From NCBI GenBank assembly GCA_045659025.1, contig JAZOWA010000034.1, positions 24,151 through 88,150 on the forward strand: a stretch of DNA of 64,000 bases, in the 5' to 3' direction. This DNA comes from Clostridia bacterium (GTDB lineage Bacteria; Bacillota; Clostridia; UMGS1810). Of this stretch, positions 28,436 to 37,500 are shown piece after piece. Position 1 is the first letter of the stretch. Each line of letters begins with the position of its first letter. Both the position numbers and the translations under genes were made by a program. The notes beneath the pieces were generated by a model. It had not been told where the DNA came from and made no database searches. It saw only the letters and a program-made list of their open reading frames with translations.

Positions 28436-28516
28436 TGCGAGTGACGGGACTTGAACCCGTACGTCATAAACACACGCCCCTCAAACGTGCCTGTCTGCCA
28501 GTTCCAGCACACTCGC
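28436..28516 (-). tRNA. tRNA-Leu (anticodon GAG)
   Basis: 81 nt. Acceptor GCGAGTG/CACTCGC, 3-bp D stem CTG/CAG, anticodon arm CACGT-TTGAGGG-GCGTG, 12-nt variable arm, T arm ACGGG-TTCAAGT-CCCGT. No CCA is encoded. Confidence 0.9.
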
Positions 28517-28531
28517 TTACGAACATAAATC

Positions 28532-28560
28532 ATTTTAGCACACGGACGACGTTATGTCAA
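28532..28560 (-). promoter_or_regulatory. Candidate sigma-A promoter for tRNA-Leu
   Basis: On the minus strand: TTGACA, a 17-nt spacer, then TAAAAT, ending about 15 nt before the tRNA 5' end. Confidence 0.55.
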
Positions 28561-28602
28561 GGGTTAATTTCTAAAAAATTCAAATATTTTTTATTTATTA
28601 TA

Positions 28603-29463
28603 TTATTTCAGTATTTTGTTGTAAAATTCTGCAGAACTCATGCCGTGAGGACGGTTATACCGCTTGAGATTTTTAAGAGTACACCCCTTTGAAATGGCAT
28701 TGATGCCCTCTTCACTGGAAAGGGTCACCTTGTATCCCATAAGGTTCAGCACTTCGTCAAGGCCCGACCCGTATGAGCCAAAGGGCATAGACAGGGCTAG
28801 GGGAGGCACACCGAAATTATCGGTTATAAGGGTATGGGCTCGCATAAGGTCATCATACAATGCCTTTTTGTATTCCTCGTCTGTCTCCGTACTCTTCTTC
28901 CTTAATCCGTATCGTTCACCTTTGTCTCTGTGCATATCGTAGGAGTGATTCTGAAATTCCACCAACCCCGACTCCGCCATCTCTCTGCCCTGAGGGTATG
29001 TGATGTGGGAGTAGTAGGCACTTTTCTCATCCGTGGCAGAATACAGCTCACTGTATTTCATAATGGGGGATATCACCGCCTTCACATTGTATTTTTGTAA
29101 TATGGGGAAGGCGTAGAGATAGTTGTTGTAGTATCCGTCATCAATAGTAATCATTATGGGCTTTTCGGGCAATACCCCGTCACCATAGCAAAATGCCACA
29201 AGGTCTGATATATGTATGGGGGTATAGCCAAGGGATGTGATATATTGGATGTCCTCCTCAAATTGGGCGGGAGATATTACGAATTTGTTGTGCCTTGAGG
29301 GGTCATTCATAAATGCGTGATACATTACAACGGGCAATTTCACCTGAGTACACAGATTGGCGTCAACCGCCTTTTCAAAGGAGTGTATATTAAAAAGGTT
29401 ATACACCGCCACCATCAGGATAACAACTCCGATGATGCCTAATTGCCTTTTTATTCTCATCAA
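28603..29463 (-). CDS. Polysaccharide deacetylase (NodB homology) family protein
   Basis: It has an N-terminal TM helix, a PVVMYHAF segment, and a TIDDGY motif with downstream histidines. Confidence 0.85.
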   Translation of the reverse strand: MMRIKRQLGIIGVVILMVAVYNLFNIHSFEKAVDANLCTQVKLPVVMYHAFMNDPSRHNKFVISPAQFEEDIQYITSLGYTPIHISDLVAFCYGDGVLPEKPIMITIDDGYYNNYLYAFPILQKYNVKAVISPIMKYSELYSATDEKSAYYSHITYPQGREMAESGLVEFQNHSYDMHRDKGERYGLRKKSTETDEEYKKALYDDLMRAHTLITDNFGVPPLALSMPFGSYGSGLDEVLNLMGYKVTLSSEEGINAISKGCTLKNLKRYNRPHGMSSAEFYNKILK

Positions 29464-29538
29464 ATCACCTCATAAGATTATATGAGAATAAAACAAAAAA
29501 ATCCCATACAAGATTCATCATGTATGGGATTTTCGCAT

Positions 29539-30699
29539 TTATATTTTTCTTACACCAAGTACGCCTGCGGTCAGCTCAAGTTTTGTAATTGCGGAAATGG
29601 CGACATCATCGTTGCAATCAATAATTGTATATGCATTATTTGCTTTACTTTTGCTTATCATATTGCGGATTTCTGTTCCGCATTCTCCGGTAATTATAGA
29701 AACAATCTCGCCTATATCTAAATCGCTTTTGTGCAGAATAGTGATTCGGCATTTTCCCTCCCTTTTAAGTTCGCAATTAGGGAAGTTTACGGAGTTTACT
29801 ATGTTGCCGTCCCTGAGGAAAGCATCAATTTCCCTCGCAGCCATTTCAGCACAGTTGTCTTCTGATTCTGGTGTGGATGCACCAAGATGCGGGATACAGA
29901 TGACTTTATCTATACCGATGGTTTCCACAGTGGGGAAGTCTGTGACATAACACGCAACAATACCGCTTTCAATAGCTTCTTTGATATCTGTGTTATTCAC
30001 AAGTCCGTCTCTTGAAAGATTTATGATTCTTACGCCCTTTTTCATAATCGAAAAGAGTTCCCTGTTGAACATCCCCTTTGTGGAATCATTCTGCGGCACA
30101 TGGATGCTTATGTAATCGCAGGTGGAAACCAGTTCATTGATATTATTCACTCTTTTGACATGATCTGAAAGTTGTTGCTCTGATTCACAAGAAAGATAAG
30201 GGTCGAATCCCGCCACATCCATACCGAGAGAAGAGGCCGTATTTGCCACCATAACACCTATAGCACCAAGGCCGACCACACCGAGTTTCTTGCCTTTGAT
30301 TTCGGGGCCTGCGTAATTGGATTTGCCTTTTTCCACAAGTTTGTTGGCTTCGTTGTTGCCTTCAAGGGTTTTTGTCCAGTTGATACCGCCCACTATATCT
30401 CTTGAGGAAAGGAGCAAAGCGGTTATTGAAAGCTCCTTAACTGCATTGGCGTTGGCCCCGGGAGTGTTGAATACCACAATTCCCTTTTCCGTGCAGCTGT
30501 CAATCGGGATATTGTTCACACCCGCACCTGCTCTGGCAATCGCTTTCAGCGAGAGAGGGAGTTCCATATCGTGCATACTGAAACTGCGAAGAATTATTCC
30601 ATCTGGCGCCTCGCATGTATCGGAGATTATGTACTGATCAGGATCTAATTTGTCAAGACCGCATTTGGCAATCTTATTTAATGTGAGTATATTATACAT
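29539..30699 (-). CDS. serA: D-3-phosphoglycerate dehydrogenase
   Basis: 2-hydroxyacid dehydrogenase fold with GVVGLGAIG NAD motif and a C-terminal ACT-like domain. It lies downstream of serC. Confidence 0.9.
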   Translation of the reverse strand: MYNILTLNKIAKCGLDKLDPDQYIISDTCEAPDGIILRSFSMHDMELPLSLKAIARAGAGVNNIPIDSCTEKGIVVFNTPGANANAVKELSITALLLSSRDIVGGINWTKTLEGNNEANKLVEKGKSNYAGPEIKGKKLGVVGLGAIGVMVANTASSLGMDVAGFDPYLSCESEQQLSDHVKRVNNINELVSTCDYISIHVPQNDSTKGMFNRELFSIMKKGVRIINLSRDGLVNNTDIKEAIESGIVACYVTDFPTVETIGIDKVICIPHLGASTPESEDNCAEMAAREIDAFLRDGNIVNSVNFPNCELKREGKCRITILHKSDLDIGEIVSIITGECGTEIRNMISKSKANNAYTIIDCNDDVAISAITKLELTAGVLGVRKI

Positions 30700-30714
30700 A
30701 GAATTACTTCCTTT

Positions 30715-31794
30715 TTAATTATCTTTCTCAAATTTTTTCATAAACTCAACGAGCTTCTCTACGCCTTCAATTGGCATGGCATTGTATATGCTTGCTCGCA
30801 TACCGCCCACACTTCTGTGTCCCTTAAGATTGACAAAGCCCGCCTCTGCCGCTTCATTGCAGAACTTCTTGTCCAGCTCTTCGTCGCCTGTGACAAAGCA
30901 AACATTCATAATTGAACGGTATTTTTTATCTGCTGTTGCCTTGAACATTTTGGAGTTGTCAAGATAATCATACAGGATGGAAGCTTTCTTTTCGTTCCTC
31001 TCTTTCATTGCCTCAAGTCCGCCATTGGAGAGTGCCCACTTGTAGACAAGACCTGCTATATATATTGAATAGCAGGGAGGAGTGTTGTACATAGAATCGT
31101 TATCAGCCATTACCTTATAGTCCATCACCGTGGGGATATCATCACGGGCATTTCCGAGAAGATCATCGCGGATAACAACAACGGTAAGGCCTGCAGGGGC
31201 CATGTTCTTTTGTGCGCCTGCATATATAACACCGAATTTGGTAACATCGATGGGTTCGCTTGCAATGCAGGAAGACATATCGGCAACAAGAACCTTGTCA
31301 CCTATATCGGGCAGAGAAGCAAATTTTGTGCCGAATATGGTGTTGTTGTAGCAGATATGTACATAGTCCGCATCCTCTCTTACCATATCAGAAGTAACTT
31401 CGGGTATATAGGAGAAAGTCCTGTCTTCAGAGGAAGCAATACATCTGACATCTCCGTATTTTTTTGCTTCTTTGAATGCTTTGCCGGAAAACTGACCGGA
31501 CACAATGTAGTCTGCTTTGCCGGTTTTCATAAGATTAAGCGGAATAGCTGCAAACTGTAATGAAGCGCCTCCCTGAAGGAAAAGCACCTTATAATTATCA
31601 GGGATATTCAAAAGCTTGCGAAAATCCGACTCGGTATCTTTTATAATTTTGTCATATACGGATGAACGGTGGCTCATTTCCATAACTGACATACCTGAGT
31701 TGTTGTAGTTGAGCATCTCCTGAGCTGCCTGCTGAAGCACCTCTGTAGGGAGCACGGATGGCCCTGCGGAAAAATTATAGACTCTGTTTTCCAT
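30715..31794 (-). CDS. serC: Phosphoserine aminotransferase
   Basis: YNFSAGPSVLP N-terminus. The start is moved to the ATG at 31794, 6 nt after RBS GGGAGGT. Confidence 0.95.
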   Translation of the reverse strand: MENRVYNFSAGPSVLPTEVLQQAAQEMLNYNNSGMSVMEMSHRSSVYDKIIKDTESDFRKLLNIPDNYKVLFLQGGASLQFAAIPLNLMKTGKADYIVSGQFSGKAFKEAKKYGDVRCIASSEDRTFSYIPEVTSDMVREDADYVHICYNNTIFGTKFASLPDIGDKVLVADMSSCIASEPIDVTKFGVIYAGAQKNMAPAGLTVVVIRDDLLGNARDDIPTVMDYKVMADNDSMYNTPPCYSIYIAGLVYKWALSNGGLEAMKERNEKKASILYDYLDNSKMFKATADKKYRSIMNVCFVTGDEELDKKFCNEAAEAGFVNLKGHRSVGGMRASIYNAMPIEGVEKLVEFMKKFEKDN

Positions 31795-31878
31795 ACGAAA
31801 ACCTCCCAAAATATTTTAATTGTAGTTAATTATAATACAAGGGAAATGATTTGTCAAATGAGAAAATCACCCATTGAA

Positions 31879-32991
31879 TTATTTGTAGGGGGAAAGTACG
31901 GCGGAGAGGGAGTCGGCAAGATATTTTGCCGAGCCGATGGCTTCGGCAAGGGTGTTACCCGATGACCCCACCTCTATTATTACAGAGCCCTTGGTGGTGT
32001 GCCCGTTGAATCTCTCCTGACGGAGATTAAGTGGGCGCGCAAGACCCGGGTAGGTGGTCTCCATATAACTTTGCATCTGCAGGGCGAATTTGAGGTTCTC
32101 CTGCCAGTTGTCGTTGGGGAGTCCCCTTTGATTAGTACCACACACAATCATCAGCTGTGCTACGGTTTCGTTGTTTTGGACAGAGGTAAATTTCAGCTTC
32201 GTTCCGTCACTCTTTATAGCGGCATCTCTGTGCACATCCAGTACGATTGCTATATTGGGGTTGGCATTTATGTGGCTTTCTATCACTCCCAGTGTGCGGT
32301 TGTAAGATTGGTTGTATGAGGGGTGATCATTGATATCTCTTGCGTGGGTCACCTTAAACCCCCTTGCGGTAAGTTCGCTTGCCAACACCTCTCCGACCCT
32401 CACCATATTGAGAGATGTATCAAGACTTCTGTCGGAATCTCCCTTGGAATAGTCGGTAGCGCCCTCTGATGAGTAGGACTCCGATGCGTGGGTGTGCACA
32501 ATAAGTATCTCGGGGGATTTGAAGGAAAGGGGAGAGGAGAGCAGAGCACCGATATCAGGCTCGTATGTAGTTTCATTTCGCAGAGATAGGTTCTTGGAAA
32601 TCACCTGAGCATTCTGTATGGGGTATATGTCGGTAGAGGTATCGGAAGGGGAGGGAGTGTTCTCTTCGGGAGGCGGTATATACTCTTCGTCTGCCTCGGG
32701 CGGTGTCAGATATAGAAAGGGTATGGCCTCTGCCAACACCCTTTGAGGATATATGTCCGACAATATTTCGGCAAAGCCTTTGCTTTGTGCTTTATCTCTG
32801 TTTTCACTTTGGGGCAACACCTTGTGCAAAGCGTTGAAAAGCACTCTTTCGCTTACAGACGGAAAAGGCATGCAGAAAACTGCCACCGCAATAAGCACTA
32901 TAATGCCAAGAGTGGTGACTATCTGCCTGCCTTTTATGACAAAGGCGTTGAAGTGCCTTTGTCTTTTGAGTCTGTATCTTTTGCTGTGCAT
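31879..32991 (-). CDS. spoIIP: Stage II sporulation protein P
   Basis: It has an N-terminal TM helix plus ILIVHTHASESY and LDVHRD motifs, and lies adjacent to gpr as in Bacillus and Clostridium. The start is uncertain (ATG 32991 or TTG 33015). Confidence 0.85.
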   Translation of the reverse strand: MHSKRYRLKRQRHFNAFVIKGRQIVTTLGIIVLIAVAVFCMPFPSVSERVLFNALHKVLPQSENRDKAQSKGFAEILSDIYPQRVLAEAIPFLYLTPPEADEEYIPPPEENTPSPSDTSTDIYPIQNAQVISKNLSLRNETTYEPDIGALLSSPLSFKSPEILIVHTHASESYSSEGATDYSKGDSDRSLDTSLNMVRVGEVLASELTARGFKVTHARDINDHPSYNQSYNRTLGVIESHINANPNIAIVLDVHRDAAIKSDGTKLKFTSVQNNETVAQLMIVCGTNQRGLPNDNWQENLKFALQMQSYMETTYPGLARPLNLRQERFNGHTTKGSVIIEVGSSGNTLAEAIGSAKYLADSLSAVLSPYK

Positions 32992-33070
32992 ATATATACC
33001 CCGTGTGTATTTCAAATGATGTGATACTAATGTATATGCACCGCTATGCCTTGAGATTACATTGCTTTAA

Positions 33071-34024
33071 TCAGTCCGATGTGCTAAAAAGGGCGGTATT
33101 TACTGCATCGGAGATTATGAAGGACACCTCCTCGATTATGCCGTCCACCTCTTTGGGAGTGACAATAAGGTCGCCCACATAAGGAGTGAGCACCTCTTTA
33201 ATCAGTGGATAGCGATACTCTGTATCAAAGGTATCAGCAATTCCCGACATAACGGATCCATCCTTGGCAGACGCCCTTATATTTTCTATGAGGAGTTCAA
33301 TGGCATCGTTGGCTACCGTTGCCGCATCCACCACCGTGGGTACACCAATGGCGATTACGGGAACGCCAAGGTATTCCTTGTTAAGTCCCTTACGCTTGTT
33401 GCCCACGCCTGACCCCGGTGTGATTCCTGTGTCGGCAAGTTGGATGGTGGTGCTAATGCGATTAGTTCTGCGGGATGCCAAAGCATCAACGGCAATTATC
33501 GCGTGGGGTTTCACCATATCCACAATGCCCTTTATGATTTCACTGGTTTCAATCCCAGTTATACCCAGCACTCCGGGGGAAATGGCGCACACAGATTGGG
33601 TGTCCTTATCAACGTATTCGGGCACATATTCAAATAAATGCCTTGTCACTTTCAGCCCTGATACCACCTTGGGTCCAAGAGCATCGGGGGTCACATGCCA
33701 GTTTCCAAGACCCACCACCAATATAGCCCCCTGCTTATCGGGAGGCAACAGTTTCTTTAATTTCTCTGCCAGTATTTTAGTAGCAGATGCTACTGACTCC
33801 TCATCGCCTGATCGTATCCCGGGGCACTCAATGGTGATATAGTTGCCCACCTCCTTGCCAATAGCTTTTTCCCCGTTTTTGTTGGTCACTTCCACATGGG
33901 TTACCTTGATCTCGCCGAATTCCTCGGTTTCCACCTTCACTCCGTCAATCTTGCTGATTTCCTCATCAGTTTTGTTATATAATGCAGCCGCCTCAATGGC
34001 AAGGTCTGTCCTTGGTCCATACAT
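33071..34024 (-). CDS. gpr: Germination protease (GPR endopeptidase)
   Basis: RTDLAIEA N-terminus and conserved VVGLGN and AIDALA motifs. The start is moved to the ATG at 34024 after RBS AAAGGAGAGG. Confidence 0.9.
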   Translation of the reverse strand: MYGPRTDLAIEAAALYNKTDEEISKIDGVKVETEEFGEIKVTHVEVTNKNGEKAIGKEVGNYITIECPGIRSGDEESVASATKILAEKLKKLLPPDKQGAILVVGLGNWHVTPDALGPKVVSGLKVTRHLFEYVPEYVDKDTQSVCAISPGVLGITGIETSEIIKGIVDMVKPHAIIAVDALASRRTNRISTTIQLADTGITPGSGVGNKRKGLNKEYLGVPVIAIGVPTVVDAATVANDAIELLIENIRASAKDGSVMSGIADTFDTEYRYPLIKEVLTPYVGDLIVTPKEVDGIIEEVSFIISDAVNTALFSTSD

Positions 34025-34202
34025 AATATCCTCTCCTTTACAGAAAGTATTTACATAAAAAGATGAATTATACTTAAGCAATCGTGTCAGTATCCGAACC
34101 ACCCAATGGTCGAAAACAGTCGGCGGGAATTTGTGGCTTTTTAATATGACCAAAGGTATAATGAGTCTGTTCGCTTTTTAAGAATAAGAAAGGATTGATA
34201 TT

Positions 34203-34514
34203 ATGAAAAAAGAACTTTACGGCAAAGAAAGGATTACCATAGAGGAGAGTAATGAGGAGAGATACATAGAATATTCACTCCTGATTAAGGAGACTCCCTT
34301 TGAAGGAAGCGGTATTAATTACCTGAGCTATGGCGTGGAAATAAATATGTCTGACAAAAACAAACTAATAGAGACGGCAAAGGCGGAAGACCTGTTTTTC
34401 TCAAAACAAAAAGCCGTCGAATTTATCGACGGCCTTAAGTCGGGTCTTGTGACTCCCTGCACCCTTGATGATATTGTTGAGGATACATTGAGGGGAGCGC
34501 TTATGGATTCTTAA
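34203..34514 (+). CDS. Hypothetical small protein
   Basis: 103-aa ORF preceded by AAGGA. I recognise no motif. Confidence 0.5.
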   Translation: MKKELYGKERITIEESNEERYIEYSLLIKETPFEGSGINYLSYGVEINMSDKNKLIETAKAEDLFFSKQKAVEFIDGLKSGLVTPCTLDDIVEDTLRGALMDS

Positions 34515-34518
34515 TGTA

Positions 34519-35364
34519 TCATTCAGATTGATTTTTGTTCTTTCTGGAATGGAGCATGGCGTTGAACACGCCGCCCGAAAAGATTATGAAACTTGTCATA
34601 TAAAGCCATGTCACAAGGACAAGCACACCGGCGAGTGATCCATAAAGGATGTGGTGTTTGGAGAAGTTGTCAATATAGAATGAAAAAACGATGGAAGATG
34701 AGCTCCAGAGCAGAGTTGTCATGATCGCTGCGGGGAATACGTCTCTGTAACGGAGTTTTTTGTCGGGCAAAAATTTGTAGAGAGATGCAAACACACTGAA
34801 CATCACAAAAAGCATAAACACTATACGGAGCAGATGCCACAGCGTATTGAATGACGGGAAAAACTTTGATATAAGCAAACCTATGATGTTGCCAAGGATA
34901 AGCGTGCCAAAGGCAAGGACGATGGTCAATGCAAGAACAAAGGCGAACAGAGCACCGATACTGCGTATAAGGAATTGATTTCTCGTCTCAGTTGTGCCGT
35001 ATATACGGTTGAGGCCTTTGCTTATGGCAGAAACTGCTCCCGACATGGACCACATAGCGAGCAGTGCGCTTATTACGGTCACGGTAGGACTTACGGTAAT
35101 GCTGGTGAGCAGGTTGAAGATTATCCGGTAAGTCTCCTGAGGTAGAGCCGAAAACAGCCGGTATATGGTGTCCTCTGCTGATAGAGGGGTAAAGCTTATT
35201 ATTGAAAGAAGCAGTATAGCAAAGGGAAAAAACGATGTCATAAGATAGAATGTAAGCTCTGCGGTGAGCCCGGGGACATCATCTTTTATAAATTTAAGAA
35301 ACACCTTTGCGATTTTCTTTTGATGCGGATGCTTATTTATGTAGCGGATGAGATTGTTTTTCAA
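34519..35364 (-). CDS. YihY/BrkB family membrane protein
   Basis: 281 aa and polytopic, with the AELTFYLMTSFFPF motif typical of YihY. Confidence 0.8.
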   Translation of the reverse strand: MKNNLIRYINKHPHQKKIAKVFLKFIKDDVPGLTAELTFYLMTSFFPFAILLLSIISFTPLSAEDTIYRLFSALPQETYRIIFNLLTSITVSPTVTVISALLAMWSMSGAVSAISKGLNRIYGTTETRNQFLIRSIGALFAFVLALTIVLAFGTLILGNIIGLLISKFFPSFNTLWHLLRIVFMLFVMFSVFASLYKFLPDKKLRYRDVFPAAIMTTLLWSSSSIVFSFYIDNFSKHHILYGSLAGVLVLVTWLYMTSFIIFSGGVFNAMLHSRKNKNQSE

Positions 35365-35436
35365 TTTTCAACCCTCACTTCAATAAAATATCTGCGTTTA
35401 TATTATACTATATAATTTTATAACTTTCAATACATA

Positions 35437-35468
35437 CAAAAAAGAGACTCTGTGAAGAGTCTCTTTTT
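35437..35468 (-). terminator. Intrinsic terminator after DAK2-domain gene
   Basis: Stem AGAGACTC/GAGTCTCT flanked by an A6 run and a T-run. Confidence 0.75.
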
Positions 35469-35474
35469 GCATAT

Positions 35475-37109
35475 TTATTCTGCTGATATGATGTAGTAAT
35501 AAACGTTCTGACCGCCGTACTGTACGGATATGTCATAGTCGCCATACTTTTTATCAAGCTTTGCCTTGATCTCTTCAAGGTCTTTTTCGACAACGTCTCT
35601 GCCATAGAAGATGGTGATGTTATCTGCTCCGTCACCGATTACAGCATCAACGGTAGCAAAGAAAGCGGCAGATATTGTCTTTTTGGCGATTGTGAGTTTG
35701 CCATCTACGATACCCAATATATCTCCCTGCTTGATTTTCTGCCCGTCAATCACGGTATTTCTCACCGCATAGGTAATCTGACCTGTGCGTACTCCTGCGA
35801 TTGTTTCGTTGAAAATATCAATATTTTCTTCCACGTCCTCATCCTCATCAAATACAATCATACAGGAGATTGCCTGAGTGATGCTCTTGGTGGGAAGCAC
35901 AATTACGTTTTTTTCCGTAAGGTTCTTTGCCTGTTCGGCAGAGAGGATAACGTTTTTGTTGTTGGGGAATACAAAGATATTCTCCGCATTGAGCTTTTCA
36001 ATGGCGTTCAAAATATCCTCGGCGCTGGGGTTCATTGTCTGACCGCCCTCGATGATGATGTCAATGCCAAGCTCGGTCATGGTATTTACTATGCCATCAC
36101 CCACGGCAACAGAGATGAAACCGTATTTTGAGGGTGGGGTAGGCTCTTTGGCAGATTCGTTAGCCACTTCCTTCTCGGATACCACCTTGTTCTCGTGCTG
36201 AATCTTCATATTATCGATCTTGATCTTTGAAAGTTCGCCGAGCTTGAGTGCTTCGCCGAGAACGACATTGGGCTCGTTGGTGTGGATGTGGGTCTTGATG
36301 ATGTCATCATCCTCAATAACCACCATACAGTCACCGCATCTTTCGATACGTGTCTTGTATTTGAACACATCCGCTTTGGGATTTGATTTATGAATGAGGA
36401 ATTCAGTGCAGTAGCTGAATTTAATCTCCTCGTCGGTTTCAAATTCTGCTTTGGGTGCAGTCTCTGCAGGAGCGTCTGTTCTTTCGATGATTTTGCCTGT
36501 TTCAAGGTAGGCAAGAGCGCCTTCCCAGAAGCAGATAAGGCCCTTACCGCCCGCATCTACCACCCCTGCCTGCTTGAGCTGAGGCAACATCTCGGGGGTG
36601 CGGTTCAATGCTTCATTACCGTCTTTTACACAAATGGTGAGAAGTGCGAGGATATCCTCTGCGCTCTCGGCATTTGCAACGGCGGATTCTGCGATACCCC
36701 TTGCAACTGTAAGTATAGTACCCTCAATGGGCTTCATAACTGCCGCATAAGCAGACTCGCAGGCAAGTTTCATTGCCTCGGCAAACTCTGCCTTGCCACA
36801 GCTTTCCATATTGGCAAAACACTTCGCAATGCCTCGCATAAGCTGGCTTGTGATAACGCCGGAGTTACCTCTTGCTCCCCTGAGTGTAGCAGAAGAAAGA
36901 GTCTTGGCAACCACGCCTATGCCCTTGTCTCTTGCAGAGTTAACTTCCTCGGTGCAAGAGATCATTGTAAGTGACATATTTGTACCCGTGTCACCGTCAG
37001 GAACGGGGAACACGTTAAGATCGTCGATTTCGGTTTTTTTGTTTGCAAGGTTATTACTGCCGGATATAATCATATCGGCAAGTAACTGCCCTGTTAAAAT
37101 TTCTATCAC
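35475..37109 (-). CDS. yloV: DAK2 domain-containing protein (YloV-like)
   Basis: N-terminal DAK2 motifs (VFPVPDGDTGTNM, ARGNSG). It is paired with an upstream Asp23 gene, as in yloU-yloV. Confidence 0.85.
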   Translation of the reverse strand: MIEILTGQLLADMIISGSNNLANKKTEIDDLNVFPVPDGDTGTNMSLTMISCTEEVNSARDKGIGVVAKTLSSATLRGARGNSGVITSQLMRGIAKCFANMESCGKAEFAEAMKLACESAYAAVMKPIEGTILTVARGIAESAVANAESAEDILALLTICVKDGNEALNRTPEMLPQLKQAGVVDAGGKGLICFWEGALAYLETGKIIERTDAPAETAPKAEFETDEEIKFSYCTEFLIHKSNPKADVFKYKTRIERCGDCMVVIEDDDIIKTHIHTNEPNVVLGEALKLGELSKIKIDNMKIQHENKVVSEKEVANESAKEPTPPSKYGFISVAVGDGIVNTMTELGIDIIIEGGQTMNPSAEDILNAIEKLNAENIFVFPNNKNVILSAEQAKNLTEKNVIVLPTKSITQAISCMIVFDEDEDVEENIDIFNETIAGVRTGQITYAVRNTVIDGQKIKQGDILGIVDGKLTIAKKTISAAFFATVDAVIGDGADNITIFYGRDVVEKDLEEIKAKLDKKYGDYDISVQYGGQNVYYYIISAE

Positions 37110-37120
37110 GGTATCACCTC

Positions 37121-37483
37121 TTATTCGCGTACTCTTGTTCCGTCAACATACACATTGACACGGTCAATCTCAAGACCTGTCATATATTCGAGATGATATC
37201 TCACATTGCTGATAATACTGTCGCTTATAGTCTGGATATTAACGCCGTATTCTACTATGATGTGGATATCAACACTGATTTTCTTGTCAGGTGAAACGAA
37301 AACATCTACACCCTTGGAGATTTTGTCTTTTACAAGCAAGGAAACGATACCCTTTGACTTGGAACTGTATGCCATACCAACCACACCATAGCAACTTGTG
37401 GTGATAACACCGCAAATCTGTGCGATTGCTTCGTTGTCAATGGACACACTGCCCTTCAAAAACTCTACACTTGCATTTGCCAT
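37121..37483 (-). CDS. yloU: Asp23/Gls24 family envelope stress protein (YloU-like)
   Basis: 120 aa with the characteristic SIDNEAIAQICG...GVVGM N-terminus. Confidence 0.85.
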   Translation of the reverse strand: MANASVEFLKGSVSIDNEAIAQICGVITTSCYGVVGMAYSSKSKGIVSLLVKDKISKGVDVFVSPDKKISVDIHIIVEYGVNIQTISDSIISNVRYHLEYMTGLEIDRVNVYVDGTRVRE

Positions 37484-37500
37484 AAATCAAAACACCTCCG

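Noticed and set aside
28435-28692. 85-aa plus-strand ORF beginning MRVTGLEPV.
   Set aside because: It is the reverse-complement read-through of tRNA-Leu, its promoter and the 3' end of the deacetylase gene. It is not coding.
34025-34153. N-terminal extensions proposed by the ORF track for gpr. The same applies to glmM (4494..4565), rpsB, tpiA, ung, guaA, ylxM, rimM, the VanW protein and the LRR protein.
   Set aside because: In each case an internal ATG preceded by a good Shine-Dalgarno aligns with the conserved protein N-terminus, and the extension encodes non-conserved residues across promoter-like DNA.
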